Part shown: positions 34,301 to 46,300 of the stretch, one piece after another
How positions within the stretch are numbered: the stretch's first letter is position 1
Layout: each line of letters opens with the position of its first letter
Source of the DNA: Raillietiella orientalis
Lineage: Eukaryota
NCBI GenBank assembly: GCA_036172245.1
Contig: JAYWIR010000023.1
Location: 124,001-188,000 of the forward strand
Direction of reading: 5' to 3'
Length of the DNA: 64,000 bases
Position numbers and translations under genes: made by a program
The notes under the pieces: generated by a model
What the model was told of the DNA's origin: nothing
Database searches by the model: none
The model's input: only the letters and a program-made list of their open reading frames with translations

Positions 34301-37300
34301 GGGATCTCTAATCGGCTTCTTTCTGATTCGGGAGGGAATTCAACAGAGGAACCGGACACTGCTCGACATAGGGACTGCGTGCAGTTCGGGGAATCAAGGG
34401 GCGAGCCGCCCGCTGGGAGCGCGAGTGTCGCACCCAATGGCGGCAGGATTCACCGAGCAGTCTCTCGAGGAGCGCGAATGCCACCGAACGCCATGAGAAA
34501 CGCGACTCCCCGTAGTTCCTCCTCCTGCCCGAGCAAGGTGAGACTCCCAGGACGTTCCTCACAGATGGCGTATTCGCCCTCTGTTGGGTTCTTCTGCGTG
34601 CTGTTCGAGAACGGCGGTATCTCGAGGGCGGTTGGCCTTCCTGGGACGCCGTCTTGGGTGATTCGGGGGAACGGGATTCCCTCCGAGGCTCGCGCGGAAG
34701 CAAAGAAGAGTCGAGAGTTCGTTTTTGAGCCGCTTCTTTTCTGCAAAAACCCACGGGAACTATCCTGTGCCAAATTTCCAGTGGGCGGAAGCACTACGCC
34801 GGATGCCTTTCGAGGCGTTCCTGGAATGGCGCAGCCTCCCGACATAACGAGGAGGAAGTGGCGGCACGATGCCACCAAGACGGAGCCCCGAGGAGCCCGG
34901 GTTCGGGAAGAGACATCCCACACACCTTCCCGCGGTGGCCCACCGATCGGATTGCAAGCGCTGGCATTCCTCAGGGATATCCGGGGGTGCTGGGGACTCC
35001 GGTCTGGCAGAGCGTGTTCTTCCGCGTCTGAGGGACGTCCACCCAGTCTTCCGGAAGCCTCCGCGTTGCGCTCTGACAAGCAGAGGACTCTCCAATGCCG
35101 AGGACAACTCGAGACGCCCCTCGTCATCGGACAAGAGTCACTTCTCGGGGCAAAGAGAGGCCTCCTCGTCCACTGGAAGGCGAAGATCAGCGGGAGATCC
35201 GCATCCGTTCTGCGCCGTTCGATGCTGCCGCCCTCCTCCGGCGCAGCTGTCCTTCGCTTCTTGTTCTCCTCTTCCTTCTCTGACGACCGGCACCCCGGGA
35301 CTGCTCCAGATCAGGGAGGAGAAGAATGGACTGAGAGCGCGCGAGAACTCGCCCGGTGTCCAGACAGCTGGTGGCAACGGGTATCTCCTCCGAAGGGCCG
35401 TGATTGAAGGAGACGGCGAAGCTCCATGGAACCTCTCGTGGAGGAGGCTGGACTGAGACCACCAGCGGAGGACCAGCCAGGAAGATGCACAGCCTCTTTT
35501 CTGTCTCTCTCCCTCTTCGGAAGCCTCGTCCCTACCCTTGGGAATTTCGCGAGCATGAGAGGGTGAAGTCAAAGCCCGGAGGTCTCCGGTGCGGGAAGTG
35601 AGCTGATCTGGTTCTGGCCAGAAGAAGTGAAAGGACCATGTGACCCTTTTCGCTCTCCCCTCGGATCACCCGCAGCTGGTCAGCCCATCTAGGTGGCCGG
35701 AATTCTCCCCTTCTTTCTCAGACCTCTCCTATGATCCGCGTGGGAGGGGACCTAACGCGGAGGAGGGGATACTGGAGAAGGAAGCCGTCTGATCTCTTTT
35801 AGTAGCTATGCAGTCTTCTCACCAACCGACCAGCTCTTCTCGTACTGAACGACCCGAGCTCAACGTCCTGTCCTTTCTTCCCTTTTCCCACGCCTACCTG
35901 CCTCTTCGCGTTCCTTCCATGGGGCTTTTATGGAGCAGGTGGAGGGCCTGGGAACCCTCCAATTTCCGGGTTGATTCATCCATCCGAGAGGCCCAGCCTC
36001 CCTTCTCGCACGAGTTCTCTTCAGTTCCCAGAAGAGGAGGCGCTCCTTCTCTTCCCCCTTTGGCGTGTGGTCTATCCCCGAAATTGCACACTTCACTTAT
36101 TCCAGTTCCACTTCCATTGCCTTTCTCCCCGAAGACAGGGAGAAAGGCAATGGGAAGCTTACTCTGGAACACTCGCGTCCGCAAGCAGCTCTCACTGGAG
36201 GTCATGGATCGGTCACTTGACCCGAATGCGTAGCGGGCGACCGGCAGCATTCAGGTCGGTGCTCATCGGGTTTCGCCTGAACTCCCGCAGGCGCCTGCGA
36301 GCTCCACCACACTCTGCCCCCCTACTCACCTCACCCTTGTCACCGCAGAGGAGTTGCGCTCCCCCAGGAAGCGCTAAAGGACCCGTCGGAGTCCCTTCTT
36401 CCTACTTTTGAGGAATAGAGAGATCTCTCCAGTTCCGCAGGAGTGCCGTCCAGGACGCGCGCGTCCCCCCCCGCGAGGGACCGCGTTCGCGGGAAGGGAA
36501 CCTCCTCGCCTATTAAAGGTCTTCCGCCCACGCCGGATCCTCTGTCGATAGGAGGCGCGCGCCCAACACCTCGATCCGTGATTCTCCTGCCAGGATGCGC
36601 AGCACCGAAGCGCTCAAGGACGAAGAGGGTCTCCTCGGAGGAAGGTGTTATTACTCTTCCCCCTGGAGCTGTCACCTGGGGAATCACCTCCGGAGGATCC
36701 TCCGAGGGTTGGAAACCTCCTGGATTCCGAAGAGAAAGGTTGCAGCATCCCTTGAGGAAGCTGGACCGGGACCTGTGGTCCGCGCCCACGAATTTGAGGG
36801 GTTCCCTTGGGCGGAATCAGAGAGCAGGGAGAAGGAGAGTGTCATGTGAGGCTCCAGAGATGCGAAGGAGCCCGCCTGCTTCCCGACTCTGTTCCTTCCC
36901 TCTTTCCCAGGGTTGTGAAGGAGTCTGGAAGCTCAGGAATTCCGGGACGGACGGTGGGAGCGTCCTCAAACAAAACGGCGACCAGGATGACGGGAATCCG
37001 CCTCGCCCCCTGCACCGAGCCAACCCGGAACGCTCCTAGGACTCCTGCCGCTTCTCCCGGAGCATCGGAGAAAACGAAGAAAGGGTTTGCATGGGCATTT
37101 GGAAGGATCTGGAGCCTCCATAGGGATGAAAGGGAGAAGGGGACCTTTCCTCTTGCGCGAGAGGTCGTCACGACTACTCCTGACCCTTTCATCAGTCGCA
37201 GCTCCTCAGGGACCGTCTAGGACGCGTCCCGGCGTCGACCCCGTGTTTCCAGGGCTCATCCGCCGTCGAGTAGGGTGTACCCGCCATCCCTCATTCGCGG

Positions 37301-40300
37301 AAATTGGAGCAGAAGGACACTTCATCGGAAAAGAGGGCGTAGAGGATGCTACTCAAAATCCCCGGAGGGGAAGGGAAGAAAAAAAAACCGGAAAGGATGG
37401 ATGGAGTGGCCGAGGAGGGAATGACCGCGGAGGGTATTCCCTGACTCCTCACTGGGTACGACGCTTCACCCCAAGACATCCCGAAGCACCCCCGTCATGC
37501 CCCATCCGGAGAAGGGGAGGGGCGAAAGGCACGCGCAGCGTCTTCTGGAGATCCCGATCCCCTCTCCGGCTGTTCGGGACGCCTGCACTCCCTCCGCCGT
37601 CTACGCGTCCCTGTCGGAGCCAGGAGAGAATGGGAAGGAGCCAGGCAGTGCGCCAGACTCCCTAGGGGACACCCGGGAGCCAGCCTCTGAGGGAACTCGG
37701 GAGAGCCTCCCTCTCACGTCCCGCCTGAAAGTCAGAGGTGAGCGTCCTGCAGATGGGAGCAGGAGCGTGCTGCGCCCTCCCGCCCTAAAGAGGCGGAATA
37801 GGGGAACGGGGGACAGGTCCGGGGAGCGGCAGCGGGGACGAAGAGTGGAGCCGCGGCTGGAGGGAGACCAGTCGGCAGATCCGACGGATCATGGTGGCAG
37901 GCCAGTCGGCCCTGCTGTTTCCCCAGTAAGAAAGTTGAGAAGGAAGAAGGGATGGTACTGGGGGGCAGGGGACCTTCGTTCGACCGAGGAAGGTTTTCGA
38001 ACCCGTTCTACTCCCAGCCCGGTGACCTCGGTGGGATTCAGCGCCCATTCCATCCTCCTCAACTGTCCCTTTCCCTCTCTTCCCCTCGAATGCCCGAGAT
38101 AGGCACCACCCTCATCCCAGGAGGATACCGAGTTGCCCCCCAGAGGTGAGGGCGTCGCCCGCGGAGCGGCGCAGTCGATGAATCCCCGACCAGAACCGGC
38201 GGCACCCGCCTGCCTTCGGATGCGCTTCCCGCGCTGCCGCATCCCAGCCGGGCGCTCCTCATTCCGGCATTGTGCGACCTGCAGCTCCGGCTTGAACGCT
38301 CTCTCGCTCCCCGCGCGGGCGCCAGGTGCATTCCCCTCAGGAAGTTCCCAGACTACCAGACCTTCCGGGGATGATGCTGGAAGCAGCGCCATGACTGCCT
38401 CGCTCACCCTCCTACGGGTCGCGCCAGCGCGGGCGACGTCCCGGGTACAAGGCCAGTTCCTGCAGGCGCTTTCCCATGAACCCTCCCCCCTCTTCCCACC
38501 AGATCCGATCAATCTTTCTCCCAAAGATTATACTGTAAGTTGGAGAATCGATCGGAGTCTGGAATAGGAGCAAAAAAAAAAGACGCGCGTCCACTCTGCG
38601 AGCGCAGGCGACCGTCTGAGATCCGCCCCGGCAGAAGGCGCATCCTGCCACCTCTCCGCCCGCTCTCCCAACAGCACGGGTCTCGTCCCCGTCCCCTTCC
38701 CTCACCATCCCCCTGTGAGCGAGCGCTTCCCGTACCTGAGGGCTCCTTGTAACACCGATATCCAGCATTCCGCATCTCCTTGACGCTGACCCCTCCTCCT
38801 TCTCCCCTCCCCCCATCCCTCGGTCTCAGCCGCTTTCATCCGGACGGCACCGGGAACCCAGTCACTCGCACCGGGAAGGTTTGTTAAGCTGTCTGTCCCT
38901 CCTCTCCGTCATCGCAGCTGCTCTGAAGGGGGAAGAACGGACGACGGGATACTTCCTCCGGTCATAGAAGCCGGATCGAGGGTGGAACGCCGTGGGATCA
39001 TGGAGCAGATCCGGGAAGGAGGACGGCTGGAGGACCACTGGAAGAGGTCACCCCGGCAGGGGCTGCACCCTCCTCGGCGGATGTTCCCCTACTGCCCAGG
39101 AGTCGTTGCTTCGTCGAGCGAGCAGGAGAGGAGGGTTCTCATTGCCAACCAACCGCCGCAATTTGGAGTTCGCAGCACGCACGGCGCGTACCGTTGGCGC
39201 TGAGGTCGCCAAAACTGTTGTCGGGCGTCTCCTGGCCTGAGAGTTCCCACCAGTGCCTCGTGAGGTACAGCGGCGCCAACGGGGACGGGAGCTTCAAGAG
39301 CAGGGAATCAAAGAGCGGCCGGGGGTCGGGAGAGTCAGTCGGGGGAGCGGTGGACGCTGCCGGAGAAACGAGGGCTCTGATCAAAGTGCCGCTCAACGGG
39401 GTCTTTCTAGCACACGGGCAGGGAGACGCGCGCGGACGGGACGTCCGCTGTCTCCGACACCATGGTCTACGTTGCAATCATTCTCCTTCCGGCCGATAGG
39501 TGCGCTCCGGGAGCCGAAAACGCCCACAGATCGACCGAGGAAGCGAACGCAGAGCGACCTGCAGCCCACGTTCTACGACGTCACTCGGACGACCGTGGAC
39601 TCCGCGGCGGGATCCACCGTTTTCCTCCACTGTGCCATCAAGCAGCTGGGAGACAAAACTGTGAGTTGGCACTCCTCGGGACCTACCGCAGCCTGGCTTA
39701 CGGCCCCTCCCTTGCTCTCACTGGAGTCCGAGGGCATCGGTTCGTCCTGATGCCTGCGCGTAAGCTCTGGAACAGCTGGCTCCAGAACGCACCTCTCCAT
39801 TCTTTCGCGGGCACCTCTCCACGACGAGCACACTTATCCATTCTCTCTCGCTCTTTGACCTCTGAAGTGCACACTCTCTTGGCTCTGAAAACCATTCGCC
39901 TCTGCTCTTCCTAAGAAAGAAAGAGTCCTGCGCGGAAACATCCTCAGGCTGCCTACCGGTCTCCATTCCATTCTGACATCCACTGTCTGCGAATGGCGCA
40001 GTTTCCGTTGACTCCGTGAGAATCCTCTGCATCTTTGCATTCCTGTTCGGGCGGTGGCAAGGAAGAACAAGCACGGAGCACCGTCCTCGGGATTATGGCA
40101 AGGGAATTTCCCCCAGTGTGCCCCTATGGGAGCCAGAAAAAAAGAATGGATCCCGCAAGCGACAACCTGCAGAGGCCCTCGACAGAAGTCCTTCGGGGTC
40201 AGCAGGGGTTTTCCCGGAAAGGGAAAAAAGCCGTGCACAGGTGCCTGCCTCATCCTCTGCAGCGTGGGCCACTGGAGGTCACATTCCTGAAGGACCGGTC

Positions 40301-43300
40301 GCGAGGTTGTGCTGGACGCTTCCCGGAGCTTCCGGAATTCGAGCTTTAGCAGCGCTGATGTTCACATCGTATCAGTATTTCGACGACAACAGTGTTTTAG
40401 CGGTTCCCTCATTCCCGCAGCGCCGACCCTCTCTTTCCGCGCCCCCATCTCAACAACAGCGGGTCTCCTCAGCGTTTGCATTTGGACCGCCTCAGGGTTC
40501 CTCCCTACGGCAGAAGTCCGTTTCTTTTGGCGTGGTGTACGATCTCGGCTTGAACGACCTACGTGAGCACCCGTTCCGACAAGGGAGGTGTTTCTTCAGC
40601 GTTGTCCTGAAGCAATGCCTGAGCGACCCCACGAAATCGACAGTCAGTAGGCAGGGTGGACGGCACGCGAGGGGCTCGTGTCCTACGTGTGCCCCGAAGG
40701 CTGAGCTCTGCACGCCCCGATGCCACGTGCGGGCACTTCCGATACCACTTCGGGGACTCTGGCTAGGAGTGCCCCACCCGAAGCTCATGAAAGCCGGGCT
40801 GGGAACGCCGATCTAGGATGCCGCCGCTCCGCTTCCTCCCCGCGGCTCCAGGCGGAGTTCGGGCGGTCGCCGAAGATGCACGTACGGAAAAGGAAGCTCT
40901 TCCTCGACATTCTATCCCCCTAGCGAAGTCGACGAGGAGGGGCGCGACAGGTGCCTGGCAACAAGGAGTCCTCTCGCTGCTATGGGAACCACTGCGCTCT
41001 GAAAATGAATCAAAACCTACGGGTGGTGGGTGTAATGCTGGCCAGGGTGACCTCTGAGAGGAACTGCGAAACGAACTTGCAGCGCATAGAGGGAGGTCTC
41101 GAATTCCAGAAGCGCCCGCCGCTCCCGCTCGGGAAGACGGTATTCCCCATTCTCGGGAGACCTTTCGGGTGGAAGGCTACAAGGCATCCGGAAGCGCATC
41201 CAAGTGTCCCCCAGGCCTCTCTGAAGCCGGGAAGATGATGGCCGTGCGACCCGCGAACCCCGGTTTCCCGTCCCATGTGACCTCGGTCTTCACAAAGTCG
41301 GCGTCCGCGTTTCCCGAGACTGTTCAGCCACCTTCTCTCTGCCCTCCGTGCACCTTCCGTCCAGGGGAAAGGACACATGGACGGAAATCCCCGCTTTCCA
41401 TGGTCTCTGATTCTTCTCTTCCTCCCTTCCCCTCTTCCTGACTAGAACTCGTTAATTTGGACGTTCGTCCCGGCGCTTCGCTCCCGTGAAAATTCCTCCG
41501 CTCCAAATCGTGGATGCCGGAGTCCCATCATCCGCATTATTCGCTTTATCTTCCTCGGGAAGGAGTTCAGAGATGAAATTCATAAGCGGAATTCATGAAT
41601 CGGCGGCGTCCAGGAGCTCTTGAGATTTCCCGACCTGGTCATCGGTTATTCTGCCGTGTGAGAAGGAGCTCTAATCCAAGGAAAACCTCTGTTCCTTGGA
41701 AGCGCTCTTTGGAAGAGCTCGCTTATCTGTCTGCCTCCTTAAGAATACGTGTGGGCCTTCTGAGAGTTCTTCCAGGAGGTCCCGGATGGATTCCCCCCCG
41801 GCAAAGTTTCTGATCCGAGGGAGCTGCAGCTTAAGGCACCTGACTCGCTGGTGGAGCCAGAACAGGATGCATCCGAACACGGCACGCAGAGACAAGGTCT
41901 CCAAGGGCAGCTGCCAGGAGGGGGAAGGATGGAGCAGGATATGGCCTCCGCACAGCTCGTGGTGCGCAGGAGAAGGAGGAGGAGAGCTAACTGGATTTCG
42001 CCCGTTTCGGCGGGGAGCGGACCGCACTTCTTTTTCTACCAGACCGTGAAGCTCCTTGACCTGACCTTTTCCGAATTCTTAGCCTCCCCGATGCAAGTGA
42101 GTCATCCTTGGACGAAAGCAAGACGCGTGCTTGGTTCCCCCCCTCCCCCATCCTCCCTCGCTTCCCGGAAAGTCCTCTGCCCGCCGTACAAAGGTGTCCG
42201 TTTCGCTCATCTCTCCGACCCAGCAGGAGGCACACCTCGGAGACCCCAGGCGATCGTTCACGAGCGGCGCTCCTTCCAGATGTTTTCGCTGCATCTCGTC
42301 TTGCACGCGGGGAGCAATTCCTTTCCCCTCCTTGCTATCCCCGTGTACTCTGTGTATCCGTTGCAGGGATTCGGAAATCGATCATCGCAAACCCCTCCAG
42401 CATGAGTGGGCTGTAATCTTCATCTTCTGTTTTCTCCAGTCTTTTTCTTCGGGAGCTCTCCGTGCTCTCTCCGGCATCCTCGGGATCGTCCATCAAGGAC
42501 TCTTGCATATCTTCGGTTCGGGGGGGGGGGGGAAGGAAGAAAGAAAAAACATTCGCATAATTTCGATCTTTTCCTCGCAAGGGAGGGAAACGTGCTGGAT
42601 ACAGGTGGGGGAATTTCCTATTGCGCGGTCCGATGGACAGGAAGCAGAATTTTCCGCCTGACGGGTCCCCTTTCTGGAGGAAGGGGTTTCGCGGGCATTT
42701 TTCTTCTTTCTGTCACCGCTGCTACTGTGGAAACTGAGCAGTCGTGTCCCGTTTCCCGCGTGATCTGACCCGCCCGCTGGCTCCTGGAGTAGCCGAAACA
42801 CACAAACAGCAGCAGCTTGCGCTGCAGCGAAGCTGCCACATTCCTCCGTGCCTCGTCTTGCTCGTCGCCTGCGCGACCGAAGGCTGAGGTGATCTCAAAG
42901 ACGCGCTCTTCGGGGAGACGACGGCGAGCTACACAGTTCATAGTGGGTCGATCGTGCACCCATCAGATCCTGTCCGTTCCTCTCCCTGCGACCTTTTGCC
43001 AGAAGTAATCCTTTCACCGAGATGGAAGAGTGCCGAGTGCACAGGGTTCGCACGCTGGAGTGACGTGCGCGGGTGTTCGTCCTCACTTCGCTCGCATGCT
43101 GGAACAACAACAAAAAAACACACACACGCACACAATCCCTGAGGATGGTTCAGTTTACTGGCAAAGTGGTCCGCCATGAGCATTCGAACTGCTCGCGCCT
43201 CCTCGAAGGCATCCCAATTCCCACCAGGGATGTTTGGCAGTGCTCCTCGTGGACACCGCGCGCACCCTCCGAATGGAGCGGCTCGCATCCATTCGAGGAT

Positions 43301-46300
43301 CTCGTCGAGGATCTTCGGGGTTCACGAACTCCACCTCCTCCTGTGAATCGATCCGACTCCCAAACATCCGGGAACTTTCCCGCCGGACCTAGTCACGAAG
43401 AACGAGGGAAGCTCCAAGAAGGAAGCGCTCGCCAGCCGCTCCACGAGTCTTTCCGGACTTCATGCCCGACGGCCATGCATTTGCCCGAGATGAGAGTGCC
43501 TCTCTCTTTGGATCTTCAGGGCGCGAGGAAAACAGGGTGGCACCGGTGGCTTTCGTGCTGAACTGACCGGCGTTCTTCGCCTTCTTCCTCACTGGTCACT
43601 TCGCTTGGGAAAGCGCTGTGGATGAATTCGCTTGGAACTGGATGAGAGGCGGCGCCAACGCACTCGCCCTCCGGCGAGCCCGTGAGCGCTGCCCTCTAGC
43701 TGTGGAACGCACCTCCCGTCGAAGTTTGGAAGACAAGCTCCGTTTGTGGCCGGCGGCGGTTTTCGTTACTCTGGGATGAGGATGGCGGTAGGAGGTGAGA
43801 GGACAAACGGAAGCAGAGCACATCGAGAGTAGGAATCTCTCTTCTCGCGCGATGGGACCTGGGTACAGGGAGCAAACACGCTCAAGAGTGGACTCTCCCG
43901 GAACCCGTCGCGGTTCTCGGGCACCGCGGCTCAGTGGCTGGGACGAAGGACAACTCGTTTCCCGGAAGCAGTCTCCAAGAGGAGGAAAATGAGAAAGCAG
44001 CAGCCTCCGGCACCCTGCTGAGACCGTTCTCGGTCTCCTCCCGTTCCATGCCTCAAAGAGGTGAAGCCCAATAGGGAATGCAGGGGTGGGATGGGGATGG
44101 GAAAGTGGGGATCCCTCGGCAGGAAGGATGGTCGAATGCGTCCCTTCCACCCGTTGCCCAGGTTTCCAAGGATCCAGGGAGTCGAGCATACTCGAGAAGC
44201 GTTCCTCTACCGCCTCGCCCCGCCGTTCTTGAGGACCGGCTGCGACTCTTTCAGCTTCCCTGGGAGCGCGTGCCCGATGGTTTCCGTCCGAGCGACTACC
44301 CGGATTTCGCGCCTCCGTGGAGCGTTCTCCCGCTTATCCCCCCTCGCAGGTCATGGGCTGCAACATTCCTTCCTACGGAGCGCTCCCATGACAACGGGGA
44401 CTCTCGCGAGAGTTTCTTCTGCATGCGAGGCAGATCGAAGATTCAGCGAGAAGAAGGGAAGGAGGCTGCTTCCTTCCCGGCTGATCGATCACCCCAAGAT
44501 AGGGATGCTGAGCTGCTTCGATCCCAGGGCGGATTCGAATTTCTCCAAGCGACCCTTTCCCGAGGGCGTCGCCTCCCACAATGGTTTTTCCAAGCAGCAG
44601 CAGGTTCGTGGAACTCTCCCCACCTTCCACTCTTCGCCGGGAAGAGCCGTCCTTGACTGGCGTCGGATCCCTCGTCTCTCAGGCTCTCCCTGGGCGGCAC
44701 CTCCAGGGGCCGGGCCAGTAAGTAGCACGCACCCCTCAATCGATGGGCGTCAGATGGGTGCGTCCCGCCGGGAACAACATCCGAGGCGGCTGGGCTGGCT
44801 TTCTGGAAGCAGCAAAAGGGCGACGACGGCGCGCGGATGCGCTTGACAAGACGGAAGTGGCAGGGAGGAGCGGGAGATGGCCTCCACGGAAGGACGGATG
44901 AGTGGAGAGGGAGGAGGAGGAGGAGAAGTCCTCATCCCCTAGGATTCCCTCCCTGAGGGGAAGAACGCACGTCCGCCATATGTCCCCCCGGTTCAAACGC
45001 GGACGGTTTTCGGGTACCCCAGACCAACGGTGAGGCAGCATCTCCGCATGTTAAGGACGCCGGACGCTCCGCGTGGAAGACTCCATGGGAACGCGGAGGC
45101 AGGGAACTCAAGGTCGTTTCCTTCCCTGCGGCGGGAACGGGAAGCAGCCGACGCAACCGAGTCACGTCGTGTCGCCCCTCGTCCTCACGGGACCGTCCCG
45201 GAAGTCAAGAGGACGAGGCAGGAGAGAGAAGGGCGACCCCGTCCTTTCCTCCCCGGCGAGCCTGAGCCAGGAAGTCTGCAGAGCTTCGTCCCTTCCCGGC
45301 TGCTCCCGTTGGGCACCCTCTGTGACCATGCTCGGGTCCCTCCAGCCCTTAGCGTCATGGGTGGTGGTCACTCTCGCCGCCCATGCCTCCTGACACGCCA
45401 CCGGAGTCAGCCCTGTGCAGAAGAGCGCGCTGGACTAGCAGACGGGTCTTCCCTATGGCTGGACGAACGGAACGGGGAACGTCGCAGGAGCACAAACGAT
45501 TCGCCTCTCGACGCCCCGGGGCGTCCAGAAGAGGGGCAGTGATGCGCCTTTCCCCCCCCGCACCCCTCTGCCCGAAAAAGCCCCGGCGCCGTTCTCCCGC
45601 TCGCGCGCGGATGCACTCCCGCGCGTGCCCCCGAGCAACCTCACGGCGATTCCTGTCCTGAGGAAGGAGAGAGGGAGAGGGAGAGGAGACAAAGCGGAGG
45701 GAGTCGTGCCGCTCTCGCGCCGTTCCTCTCAGGTCCCCTACCCCTCCCCAGCCCCACTTTCTCCCTCCGGCGCGCAGCCATCGGGACGTGCAGGCAACAA
45801 CTTGGCCCCTCTGCGGAAGCGGCACGTCATCCGCCGTTTGGATGCTCGAGGGGTCGCGCGTCTCCCCCTCCATGTCGCCTCCCCTCTCCTGCCCTTTCCT
45901 TTATGAAAACGAGGTCTCTCTTCAGCCGAACAGCAGGCGAATCCTTTCCTTCCTGTAGAGACGCCCGAGTTCGCGTTCTTCCGGATCCCCATTCGAAAAA
46001 ACGAAAAAAAAAGGCCGGGACCCTCTCTCTGAAGAGGGCAGGCGGAGACAGTCTCTTCCTCCGGGCTCTCTCGGCAAACTTTCCGCTGCCGAGTCCCCAG
46101 CCGCGTCGTCATCAAGCGGCGCTCTTGTGTACACACGCGCGCTCTCGCGTCCCGGTTTTCCTGCCGCCGCTCTCCAGGAGAAAGGCGGAAGACAAACACG
46201 CGGCTTGATTATGGTGGAAGCGGCGCCGCCCCTCAACTGCCTCAGCTGCCGCCGCCGCCTCCTCCGCCGCGGACGAACACACGGGAGGGCCGCAGTTCCG

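Noticed and set aside
38503..38534. Acceptor/donor pair (CACCAG|..|GTAAGT) in Dpr intron 1
   Set aside because: 32 nt is not frame-preserving, and there is no support for it as a coding exon.
39462..39499. ATG-started hydrophobic MVYVAIILLP as an alternative Dpr signal peptide
   Set aside because: It is out of frame with the Ig1-coding frame of exon 2.
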